The translations under genes were made by a program, and so were the position numbers. Below, in pieces: positions 18,810 to 29,200 of a stretch of DNA of 64,000 nt. The DNA comes from an uncultured Armatimonadia bacterium (GTDB taxonomy: Bacteria > Armatimonadota > Zipacnadia > CAVVLO01), in assembly GCA_963749155.1 (NCBI GenBank), contig CAVVLO010000005.1, positions 192,001 through 256,000 of the forward strand, in the 5' to 3' direction. Numbering within the stretch: position 1 is the first letter of the stretch; each line of letters begins with the position of its first letter. Under the pieces are notes generated by a model that ran no database searches, was not told where the DNA came from, and saw nothing but the letters and a program-made list of their open reading frames with translations.

Positions 18810-19538
18810 TTGATTCTTAACAAGAACACAGCCATCATGCTGGCAGTACTGTTTTCGGTGCTGGTCCTGGTCCGCATCGTCTACACTATCTGGCGCCGCA
18901 AGGCGGATGCCGTAACTCCAGCAGGAGGCAACGATCCACTGGATGACAAGAGCCTTATCAAGTCCACCATCGACCTGGTGGATGCGTTTCTGGTGGCTAT
19001 TGTCCTAGTGTTTATGATCATCAAACCGTTCGTGGTGCAGACTTTCTTCATCCCGAGCGAGTCGATGCTGCCGACCCTGCAAATCCAGGACAGGCTGCTG
19101 GTCAACAAGTTCGTCTACTGGCTCAAGACCCCGCAGCGGGGCGATATTATCGTCTTCGCCGCGCCGCCCGAAGCGCTTGGCCCTGGAGATCAGGACAAGA
19201 AGGATTTCATCAAACGCATCGTCGGCCTGCCTGGTGACCATATCCAGGTTGTGGGACGCCGATATGTCAACCAGAACGAGGTTGTCGGGGGCATCGTCTA
19301 TGTAAATGGCGAACCACTTGACGAGCCTTATGTAACCCCCGAAAACTTGCCCGATTACGACTTTGATACCGAATATGTCGTGCCAGGTGGCGTCGTGCCT
19401 GAGGGTCAGTTGCTGGTGTTTGGCGACAACCGGGATGACTCTAATGATGGTCACGTGTGGGGCTTGCTGGATCAGAATCGTATCATAGGGAAGGCCTTGT
19501 GCATTTTCTGGCCTCTCAACCGAATGCACCTGCTGTAG
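18810..19538 (+). CDS. lepB: Signal peptidase I
   Basis: IPSESMLPTL (Ser), FIKRIVGLPGD (Lys), GDNRDDSND; N-terminal transmembrane segments. Confidence 0.95.
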   Translation: MILNKNTAIMLAVLFSVLVLVRIVYTIWRRKADAVTPAGGNDPLDDKSLIKSTIDLVDAFLVAIVLVFMIIKPFVVQTFFIPSESMLPTLQIQDRLLVNKFVYWLKTPQRGDIIVFAAPPEALGPGDQDKKDFIKRIVGLPGDHIQVVGRRYVNQNEVVGGIVYVNGEPLDEPYVTPENLPDYDFDTEYVVPGGVVPEGQLLVFGDNRDDSNDGHVWGLLDQNRIIGKALCIFWPLNRMHLL

Positions 19539-19574
19539 GGCCAGAGCAGGCCAACCCCAACCAGTCAACTAACA

Positions 19575-19604
19575 GGGCCAGGCGCAAGTCTGGCCTTCTT
19601 TATT
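19575..19604 (+). terminator. Probable intrinsic terminator after lepB
   Basis: GGGCCAGGC-GCAA-GTCTGGCCT followed by TCTTTATT. Confidence 0.65.
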
Positions 19605-19805
19605 GCTTGAAGAAAAGCTTGATAACTTCGTCTCTGGCGGGAGGAACTGACCTTCTGCCAGAGAACTGTAAAGAGCCTCTGGGGGGAGGCGCGCTGTTTT
19701 ACCCGTCGCATTGCGATATGCCAGTCCACTTTCGCTGTCTTCTTCTGCCAACCGGACCGGCGTGCTCTCCCTGGACGGCTTTGCAACCACAAGGAGATAC
19801 TCAAT

Positions 19806-20444
19806 TTGCTCCGCTTCGAACGCGCAGCCTGGGATCAGGGCGCCCAATGGATAGCCGGCCTCGACGAGGCTGGACGCGGGTGTCTGGCTGGGCCGGTCTT
19901 CGCCGGTGCTGTGGCGATTACGCGTCAGCATTCACTGCCTGATGTGCGCGATTCCAAGACCCTCTCAGAGCTGCAGCGCGAGGCGCTTTATGCTCAACTG
20001 AGAGGCCGCGCCATCCCTCTAGGCGTAGGTCAGGCAAGCGTTGCGGAGATTGAGAAGCTCAACATTTATCAGGCCTCCATCCTCGCGATGAAACGCGCTC
20101 TGGCGGCGCTCGGGGGCCGGCCTTGCCTCGTGCTGATTGATGGGCTGTCCATTCCCGGCTTGCCCTTTAACCAGCAGAAAGTCATCAAGGGAGATGCCCG
20201 GTGCGCTTCGATAGCGGCCGCTTCCATCGTCGCCAAAGTCGAACGAGACCGGTATATGGTGCAAATGGAAGAAGAATATCCCGGGTATGGTTTTGCCAAA
20301 CACAAGGGGTATGCGACGCCCGAACATAAAAGCGCTTTGGCAGAGCTTGGGCCTTGCCCGCTCCACCGCTGCTCTTTCAAGCCGGTGCGCGAGCTACTTT
20401 TAGGCAATCTCTATACCGAACTCGGAGAGGCAGGACTGCTCTAG
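19806..20444 (+). CDS. rnhB: Ribonuclease HII
   Basis: GLDEAGRGCLAGP, DSK, IDG, KGDA, IAAASIVAK, HKGY; TTG start after AAGGAG. Confidence 0.96.
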   Translation: MLRFERAAWDQGAQWIAGLDEAGRGCLAGPVFAGAVAITRQHSLPDVRDSKTLSELQREALYAQLRGRAIPLGVGQASVAEIEKLNIYQASILAMKRALAALGGRPCLVLIDGLSIPGLPFNQQKVIKGDARCASIAAASIVAKVERDRYMVQMEEEYPGYGFAKHKGYATPEHKSALAELGPCPLHRCSFKPVRELLLGNLYTELGEAGLL

Positions 20445-20721
20445 CCGGAAGTTTTCCTTCGCTCAGGCGCCAGGCAAAGGGGCATTTCAGGCCAGCCTCG
20501 GGCTTGCCGCAATGGGGACAGCCCCCGCAACTGGTTTCTAGTGGGCAGCTTGCCTGCCCGCAGTCCGCAGCGACTTTCTGCAGCTTGCCCAGGCGCGCCA
20601 GCTCCTCCAGGGCGGACTCGACCAACTCGCGATTCGTGCCGGTCAGCCGCGCCAGTTCGGGCACGGTCAGTGGTCCACTGGTTTCATGCAGCAATTTGAG
20701 CAGGTCGCTGATAATCGCCAT
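20377..20721 (-). CDS. FeoC-like winged-helix protein with Cys cluster
   Basis: Directly after feoB; HTH-like N-terminus and C..C..CGGCPHC motif; 3' end overlaps rnhB, so the true stop is uncertain. Confidence 0.7.
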   Translation of the reverse strand: MAIISDLLKLLHETSGPLTVPELARLTGTNRELVESALEELARLGKLQKVAADCGQASCPLETSCGGCPHCGKPEAGLKCPFAWRLSEGKLPARAVLPLRVRYRDCLKVARAPA

Positions 20722-20724
20722 ACC

Positions 20725-22765
20725 TCAGCCCATCCCCAAGAGCCGCAGCAACTGGAAAGTAATCGTTGCCATAATCCAGGCCAGCCCGACCGTATAGCAA
20801 AGGACGAAGGCGGGCCATTTCCACGAGTTGGTCTCTACCTTTACCGCTGCCAGAGTGGCAACGCAGGGCACATAGAGCAGCACAAAAACCATAAAGGCGA
20901 AACCAGAGGCTGGGGTGAAATGGTTGGCTACCACGGCGGTCAGCGTCTTGCCACCGGCCAGCTCGGGCGCATACAGGGTGCCGAAGCTGCTTACGACTAT
21001 CTCCTTGGCCGCAAATCCGCTCAGCACGGCTACCGATGGCTGCCATTCGCCGAAGCCGCAAGGCGCAAGCACCGGCGCTACAAAAGTCCCAAGGCGTCCC
21101 AGATAGCTGTCCTTGGAGGCATATTCCACGCCCTGGGGGAAACTCGCGACCAGCCAGAGTATGGCAGAGGCAAGCAATATAACCGTGCCAGCTTTGATCA
21201 GGAAATGCTTGCAACGCTCCCAGGTATGGGTCAGCAGGCTGCGACTGGTTGGCATCATATACGGAGGCAGTTCCATTATGAAGGCAGGACTCTCGGAGCG
21301 GAACAGGAGCTTGCGCAGCAGCATACCTACTCCAAGCGCAAACACGATGCTGAGCATATAGATGGCGAAAATGGCGGTGCCCTGGTGGTTGGTAAACACC
21401 GCACCTGCTATCAGCACATAGACTGGCAGTCGCGCGCTGCACGAGATCAGGGGCGCTATCAGTATGGTCAGCAGTCGGTCGCGAGCATTCTCCAGCGTGC
21501 GAGTAGCCATTATCGCGGGCACACTACAACCAAAACCGAGCAGCAAGGGGATAAAGGATTTCCCGTGAAGGCCAAGCCGGTGCATCAGCCGGTCGGTTAT
21601 GAAAGCCACACGAGCCAGATAGCCCGAGTCCTCCAGAAAGCTCATCAGCAAGAAGAGCACGAACAAGCTCGGCATAAAGGAGAGCACCGCGCCAACCCCT
21701 GCGACCAGCCCGTCCGCCACCAGTGAGCCAACCCAGGCCAGGTTGCCTTCGGCGGGAAAAAGCCCGGCTACCCCCTGGCCGATTACTACAAAGAGCTGCT
21801 CCAGCAAATCGTTTATTGGAGCTGAGACTTTGAAGGTAAGCTGGAAGACCGCCCACATCACCAGGGCAAACAGAATAAAACCGAGGTTGCGGCTCATCAC
21901 AAAGGAGTCCAGCTTGTCCGACAGCTCATATTTGCTGGCCTTGGAGACTCGCTTGATGACTTCTTTCCCAAGCCCCGCGATCAGGCCATACCGAGCGATC
22001 AACGAGCAGAGTCTCGGGCGAATCTCCCAGCAGCTCTTCAAGCCGTCGGGCGCCCTCCTGGACTCTGGCTGCGATCTCGCCTGACTGCGGCAGCAGCAAG
22101 TCACAGACAAGCGGGTCGCCTTCGAGCAACTTTATTGCGACCCAGCGTGAGGGCATATTGTTGGTGGACAGCTTCTCCTGCAGCAGAAGAGCTTCCAGGG
22201 CAGTCAGCTCGGTTTCTATCTCGCGCGAATACTGAGGGCGGAAAGGTGTCAGGGAGACTTTGTTGTCCAGTGATTCGAGCAGGGCAGCTTTTAGTTCTTC
22301 TATCCCCTGGTCTCTGGAGGCAACAGCGGGTATCACAGGCACCCCAAGCAAGCTGGAAAGTTGAGCGATATTTATCTCCTGCCCGTCCGCTTCGGCCAGG
22401 TCAATCATATTGAGAACCAGCACCACGGGCAAAGACAGCTCTAGCACCTGCAGGATGAGATTAAGCCCGCGCTCCAGATTGGAGGCATCCACCACGGTAA
22501 TAACAAGAGAAGGCTGTCGTTCCAGCAGGAAATCTCGAGCGATGACCTCTTCAAGAGTATAAGGGGTGAGGCTGTAGATGCCAGGCAAATCAACCAGACG
22601 GAAATCTTTGTCGCCTGCTTCGACATGGCCTTCTTTACGTTCTACCGTGACCCCTGGCCAGTTGCCCACGTATTGATGGGCGCCGGTAAGCGCGTTGAAG
22701 AGGGTCGTCTTGCCACAATTGGGATTGCCCAGAAGGGCAACCAGGCGGGAGTCAGGCGCTGTCAC
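20725..22765 (-). CDS. feoB: Ferrous iron transporter B; +1 frameshift near 21997
   Basis: GNPNCGKTT, VGNWPGVTVE, DLPG, NMID in ORF 21926-22765; EDSGYLAR, GFGCSVP, CSARLPVY, AKEIVVS, YVPCVAT in ORF 20725-22110. Confidence 0.93.
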
Positions 22766-22855
22766 AGGGCGCCTCCTCGAGGGCAGGAAGCTTTGAGGAG
22801 ACTACTAGCGGGGCTTTGCAGCCCTGGTTAGCAGCACCATCACTTTTGTCAGGCA

Positions 22856-23107
22856 TCATGAAAGCGAAACCAGGATCCGGTCCGCTACTCCTCGGCCAAG
22901 CATCAACCTTGACCCTCTTAGCTCTACAACAAGAGGAGAACCCGGCTCGTTGCGCAACACCTTTACAGGTGTGCCAGGGGTCATTCCCAGCTCTGCAAGC
23001 CGCCGGCGAAATCCATGACCACCCTCGACGCGGACAAGCGACAAAGGGCGGCCCTGAGGCGCGGCCGACAAGGGTAAGGTTTGGCTCTCCATAGGCGATT
23101 CGCCCAT
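22856..23107 (-). CDS. feoA: Ferrous iron transport protein A
   Basis: RRLAELGMTPGTPV...LRGSRLMLGRGVADRILV; upstream of feoB; start 23107 (GGGAG RBS) or 23092. Confidence 0.9.
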   Translation of the reverse strand: MGESPMESQTLPLSAAPQGRPLSLVRVEGGHGFRRRLAELGMTPGTPVKVLRNEPGSPLVVELRGSRLMLGRGVADRILVSLS

Positions 23108-23135
23108 CGGCGCCAAGCTCCCGACAGGCGGCAAG

Positions 23136-23164
23136 ATAATATAGGATACCTTCTTCCTTGTCTA
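23136..23164 (-). promoter_or_regulatory. Putative sigma70 promoter for feoABC
   Basis: Minus strand TAGACA-17 nt-TATTAT. Confidence 0.65.
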
Positions 23165-23232
23165 CTGGGAACAACAACCGAATTTCGTAGTAAAATAGGG
23201 GCCAAGCCAACGTAATGCCAGGAGGATGAAAG

Positions 23233-23769
23233 ATGGCCATATCAAGAGCCGAGTATGAAGCCGCCGTCGCGCGGACCCTCGAGTATTTCGAGAAAGCCTG
23301 TATTGCCTTGACCGAAGAAGAAAAAGCCGGTGTCGAAGTCGCGGAGTTCGGGCTGGGAGAACTGGAAAAAACCGGTCTCGAAATCGTCACCTACGTCAAC
23401 ACCAAGCGTTGCTGTGCGAAGGAACTGGTCCTCTTCCCAGGCCAGACCTGCCCAGAACACAGGCACCCTAACGATGGCGTCATACCAGGCAAGGAAGAGA
23501 CTTTCCGCTGTCGCTGGGGCGAGGTTTGGCTGTACGTCGCAGGGATGCCCACTGCCAATATCAAGGGGACGCCTCCGGGAGAATTCTATTCGGTTTTCCA
23601 CGAGGTCATCCTGAAGCCAGGCGAGCAGTATACGCTGGAGCCCAACACGTTGCACTGGTTCCAGGGTGGTCCGGAGGGCGCTGTCGTGTCGGAGTTCTCC
23701 ACGATGAGCACCGACGAGGCAGATTTCTTCACCGACCCGCGCATCCAGCGCGCTCCTGAAGTTTATTAA
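23233..23769 (+). CDS. D-lyxose/D-mannose isomerase (cupin, YdaE-like)
   Basis: CAKELVLFPGQTCPEHRHP, GKEETFRCRWG, HWFQGG, VSEFST, FTDPRI. Confidence 0.9.
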   Translation: MAISRAEYEAAVARTLEYFEKACIALTEEEKAGVEVAEFGLGELEKTGLEIVTYVNTKRCCAKELVLFPGQTCPEHRHPNDGVIPGKEETFRCRWGEVWLYVAGMPTANIKGTPPGEFYSVFHEVILKPGEQYTLEPNTLHWFQGGPEGAVVSEFSTMSTDEADFFTDPRIQRAPEVY

Positions 23770-23781
23770 GCGGCAAGTAAA

Positions 23782-23805
23782 AGGGAGCCGGTCATCCGGC
23801 TCCCT
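23782..23805. terminator. Terminator hairpin between convergent genes
   Basis: AGGGAGCCGG-TCAT-CCGGCTCCCT perfect stem; T run on the minus strand. Confidence 0.75.
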
Positions 23806-23828
23806 GCTAGCTGTCAAAATCCCCAGAG

Positions 23829-26260
23829 TTAATCGAAGTAGATTTCGATCGGCGCTCCGGTAGCCGCGACCTCGCCTTTCACCTCGAAATCCGCGTAATG
23901 GCTTTCGGCCAGCACGTCCTCGATTGCAGGTACCTGCTTGCCGCCTGCCAGTACCTTGCGGAGTCGCTTGCCCGCCGGCAGCAACACGTGGAAGTCGGCA
24001 TCTTCAACGCCAGAGCCGCGCAGGACGAGAGTAAGGTGGTCTTCGGCCAAAGTCCAGTCATAGCCCAACCAGGCGCCTGACGGCCCGTAGGCGGCTGTGA
24101 TACTGGCCTGAGTGAGTCCGGTGATAGCCCAGCGAGGAGATATGCGCGCCTGCTGCCAGAGCTTGCCCCTGTCTTCGAGGCCGGCCAGGCCTTCCATCAA
24201 AGCCGAGATGAAAGCCGCTGCCGCCCAGCCCGATGGACCCCCGCCCTGATTGGCGCCGTCTGCTGTATAGAGGAAATATATGGAGCCATCCTGTTCGACC
24301 TGCTTCCTTGCGCGCTCGAGCAGATCCCAGCCATAGGCTTCCTCGCCGTACTGGAAGGCGCCCTTGGCCAGTTCTCCGCCAACGAAACCTGCCAGCCCGC
24401 CGTTTATATAGGTGCCGGCGGTCATCGTGTGGCCCCCCATAGGGAAGGCCTGATAGGGGGGATCGACGCTGTACCATTCCGAAAAGAGTGCCTCGCCGTG
24501 TTGCTTGCGTCTGTTTTGATACTCTGCCAGCACCTTCCGGCCTTCATCGAACTCCAGCACGTCCCGATTGAGCGCGTAAGCGTTGGAAAGTGACAGTCGC
24601 TGCTCTTCGGGCGTCTCGCCCGCGGGCAGTGGATTGCCGTCGAGATGCACCTGGTGAGTGAAGAAACTCCCGTTCCAGCAGGTCTGGAACAGGTTGCGCC
24701 GCAGGAGACTGGCTTTTTGGGCCCAATATGCGGCAGCTGTTTCATCGCCCAAGTAGTCCCAGAGGCGCTCTACCTGGTGGCAGGCCTGGATTAGCCCTGT
24801 ATTGTCCCCGTGCATAATCGCCATCGGGATGGGCGGTTCAATCCGCCGGTTGCTGTCAGATACTCCCCAGCTAAAGTCCCAGGTGTCTACCGTAAAGGTA
24901 CGTTTGAGCAGGCCGTGAGTGGGATCCCAACGCTTGGGGTCGCTCATACAATAGTCGAGGCCTCTTGCAAGAGGGGGCAGCACCCTGGCCAACCACTCGT
25001 CATCACCAGTCGCTTGCCAGGCCTGATAACAGCCCTCGACCATCAGATACTCGACATCGGCCTCCAGCTCCAGGCGCACGAGGGCCATCTTGTCCTCAGG
25101 ATAGAACTGCACACAATCGGGGTTTACGAAGGTCGTATGCGCATCATCGCTGGCCATAAATATCTCGTAGAAGAAGCCAGGCGCCGTTTGGCGCTCGCAA
25201 AGGAACTCCAGCGCGCTGGTCAGGTCTTTCTCCCAAAACTTGTAGCCTTTTAGCTCGTGGATATGGTCGCGTATCCAGGTCGGATTGGTTCTGACCGTTA
25301 CACCATCAAGGGTATGGGTGCTCGAATCGCCCCTCACCTGGGCTGTCATCCGGTTGAAAAAGGCTTCCAGCTCGGGTGATTCAGGCACCGAGAACTTCGT
25401 CTGGGCTATCACTTCGAACTCCTCCTCCAGTGCAAGCTTGCCGTTTACAAGCACCTGGACCTTCTGAAGACCAGGCGCGCCGGTCGGGGCAAGTGAAGTC
25501 GAGAACTGCCCATCGGTAGTGGTTTTGTATTCCGGCCCTGCCTTGCCTTTGGCATCAAGCAGGCGCACCGTGATTCGGGCTTTCTCCCTGAAAACAGGCG
25601 AAACCTCAAACCGTGCCGGGACGCCAGCCTCGGCGTAGCGAGGAAGAGCTGAAAGCTCGATAAAGCCCGCCTCTGTGACTGTTTCGGAACCAGACTTTGG
25701 GGGGGCTGTGCGCCAGCACTCGATGGGGCAGGCAAGCCCGAACTCGCACTCTGGCTTCGGGGCATCCTCAGCCAGAGGGGTCACCGTCAGGTTGCGCCAA
25801 AGCGCTCTGCCGTTTCCGATTCTGAGCCCCACCAGGCCCGCGCGCGGCTGAACATCGCGTGAATGCAGCACCTGGGCGCCGTCCAGCCAGAAGAAGACCT
25901 CGGAGCCCTGTACTACCAGGCGCAGCGAGAGCCAGGTGTCGGCAGCCGGCGGCGGGATGTTACGTCTTGCAGCGGTTGTCCAACCGCCAGGGGCTGCCTT
26001 GATGTGCGCAACTGTGCCTGAGCGCCTGTCCAGGTAGACCTGCTCGAACTCCTCGCCTACCCGGCGGAAGGTGATGCAGGCTTCTTCATTCTCATAACCT
26101 GCCGGCAGCAGCACCTCGGCCTTCAGCTCGAAATCCTGCACCTGGCCTGGCGCATCAAAGGTATACTGACTGCTCGGAGACAGCTCTATGTCGATGCCAG
26201 GCAAGGGAAAGCGAGCAACCCAAGCAATACCAGCAGGAAGGACCTAGTCCGGCCTGACAT
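23829..26260 (-). CDS. Secreted six-hairpin glycosidase-like protein with N-terminal lectin-like domain; signal peptide is out of frame (indel near 26195)
   Basis: WIRDH, EADVEY, WQATGDDEWL, DTWDF, YINGG motifs in ORF 23829-26204; ATG 26260 encodes MSGRTRSFLLVLLGLLAFPCLA in another frame. Confidence 0.7.
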
Positions 26261-29200
26261 AATCAACCTCGACCACATCGCCCACCTGACCGGGTGGATC
26301 CAGCCTGAGCCTGGTAATAAGGCCCTTCCAGTTGGGGTTCGTCCCGGCAGGGAAGACTAACTCCTGCCACTCGCCGGGGTTTGTGTACTCGACGGTAAGG
26401 CTCATACCGGCTGCGAATCCCGCCGTGTCGGTGGTGAAATACAAGTCAATCGGTCCGGCTGTGGGAGCTTTCACCCTGACTTTGACAAGCTGCTTGCTCG
26501 AAGCCTCGAAACTGGTCTCAGGCCCGACAAGGTAAGGATCGTCGCCAGTGATGCGGAACTGGGCTGCTCCCACAGCCATCCCGACGAACTCTACCCCGTT
26601 GGCCGGCGTCCAGCCTGACGCATCCACAGCGAATTCCCAACTGGTCGCAGGGGGGGGCGGTGTCGCAAAGCCAGCCCCCTGGATTTCAAGGTTCACCACT
26701 TCAGCCGGCTGCATCAACCTGATCTCGGCCATCGCATAAGCGGGCTGGTAAGTCCAGGCCGAGCCCTGGCTGCTAGCCAGATCGTCCGCGTAGGGGAGAG
26801 CCTTGCCTTCCACCAGCACCGCGGTTGGCCGGCGCGTATCGGACAGGACAAGGTGATTCTCATACCCCTCGGTATAAGCCACCTGGCAGGTAAGCTTGCC
26901 TTCCACCAGGTCAGCTTGAGATAACTCGGCCGCGCCGTTCAACCTCAGCTTGCCGCCGGCTCCCTCAACTACCCTGGTCTTCAAGTCACTCGTATTGCCC
27001 AGCAGCGCCGCTACGTTGTCAATTATCCGCTGAGGCGAGAGCATAAGCCCCCAGGAGATAGCCTTGTCGAGCATCCCCCAACTGTCGGGATAACACCCAT
27101 AGTAGTCGGGCTCCAGCCGCTGCTGTCGGATGCCGCTTCTCACGATACCAGCCGCGATATGGCGCCAGTCGAGGCTGGTATCGTATTCTGCCAGGTCCAG
27201 CAAGGCCAGCGAATACTCAAGCCCGCACCACTGCACCAGCCGCCCATACCAGGAGCCAACCCAGAAGGTCGCGCCGAAGATTGGTATGGTGCCGTAGAGC
27301 ATCGGTTCGAGCCCCTCTTCTTGCTGCTCCCAGACATAGACGAAAGGCAGGCCAGTCCGCGCCCAGTAGACCGACTTCTCCAGATATTCCTGCTTGCCGG
27401 TCGTTTTGTAGGCTTCCAGATAGGCTGCGCAAGCCTGGGCCGAAGCGAGGATATCTGGGGCGTGGACGGGTATCTCCCAGACCTGCGAGGCGGCAGGCAC
27501 GGAGAAACGCTCCATATACCTGAAGGTCTTCTCGCCGGCCTCGATCAGTTTCTCATCGCCCGTTATGCGCGCGGCCCGCCAGATAATCCACGAGTTGCGC
27601 GCGGTGAATCCGAGGCCCTCATCGCCCTTGTTGCCAAGTGCCGCGGTGTCCTCGTTGGGGCTGAAGGTCCAGCCGCCCTCTTCGTTCATCCCGCGCGAGG
27701 CGCCAAGCGCCCCATCGCGCAGGTTGCGCAGCTCCTGAGCCAGGCTTGGGCCAATCCGCGCTGCCAGTTCCGCGTTGCGGCCACTCCCAAGTTCGGTCAG
27801 TGCCTTGCGGGTGTATTCGCCTTGTTTACCAAGTAACTCATCAGCCTGCACATAGCAGAGCGCGATACCGGGATTCTTGCTCGGCTCCCACGGCAGCACA
27901 CCGCGCCACCCTTTGCCTGGCACCTTGAGCAAGGTCTCAAAAGATTTAATGCTGACCTCGAGCGTCTCGGTGTAGCTGCGCGGCAGTTCGGGCAAGGCCG
28001 GCGCCCCGTACCAGTTGTACCAGTCAGCCGCCACCTGGGTGATTTCACTATCCGCCCGGGCAAAGAGCCTGATAGCCACTGCAAGAGGCCTGTCCGCCTG
28101 CGTAATATAGGGCTTGAAGGCCAGCGGCTGATTTTCTTCCACATAATCGGGTATGCCAGGCGCCCAGACCTGCATCAGCGTGTTCTGCTGCCCCAGCAAG
28201 AAGTTTGGCGCCGCAAAAGTACTCGAGAGCCGGTTGCGGATACGATCCCACTTGGCGTTTGGATCCCACATCAGCCCGGCGACCAGCCCATCGCTGCTGG
28301 CCGCAGCCATCAGGGGCATCGTCACCCGGTTAGGGTGGGGGGTAATCAGTTCGTTGACTGGCGGGGCCGCATCAAGCAGGTTGAGTGAATTATCGCCAGG
28401 CCCAAGGTACTCAAGCCCCGCGAACCAGGCGTTGGCGTAGTCGGCGCCCCAGGCGCCCTCGCCCGCCAGGAAAGGCCCAGGCCCAAACTTGCCGACAGGC
28501 GCCACTGGCAGGCCAGCCAGGGTAGCCGTGTAGTCGAGATAGGGTTTACCGGCGGTTGCCCTGATGAACAACTTGGCTGTGTAGTTATTGCCCTCGAAGT
28601 CAAACTTGTAACTGGCCGAAAGCAGCGCCTGCCCTTCACTTTCGGTAAAAGTGAAAGAACCAAAGGCTGGATTCACCGAGGTGCGTTCAAAGCCGCCTTT
28701 CTCGGCGGGCAGCCACAACTCAATAGGCCAGGGCAGCGTGCCAACGGTGCTCCACCCAGCGCCTTTCCGCGCGCGCAGCTCAAAGGGATAGACGCCACGC
28801 GGGCCATTGTCAGCCGCCACGAGGCAGACCAACTCGTTCCCAATTGCCAGACCGCCGTCAAGTTTTTTACAGAAAGGCCTGGTCTCGGCGCCGACTTCGG
28901 GCAGCGCTTTGCTGGCAAGCAGTTGCAAGGCACAGCTCGAGCCGGCCCCTCCCTCCGCCGTTGCCTTCAGCGTAGCGTTTATCGCGGCAGGGGTAGAGAG
29001 CGTAACGCGCAGGGGCACCAGGCGTTCCTCTCCCGCTGTGAGTCCTGGTATCTCCGCTGTGGCAAGCACGGCGCCCTTCGCATCGGTCAGTGCCAGCTTA
29101 ACTTCGCGCACGGGTTGCTCGGAAGGATTAAGCAGCTTCGCGCTGAGAGTGAAGGGCTCTCCCACGGTAGCGACAGCCCGGCCAAGGGTCACCTCCGAGA

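Noticed and set aside
19457..19942. ORFs spanning the lepB-rnhB spacer
   Set aside because: They overlap real genes or cross the terminator and show no protein-like motifs.
23142..23153. DtxR/Fur-type operator (AGG-ATA-CCT) in the feo promoter spacer
   Set aside because: The palindrome is too short to distinguish from chance.
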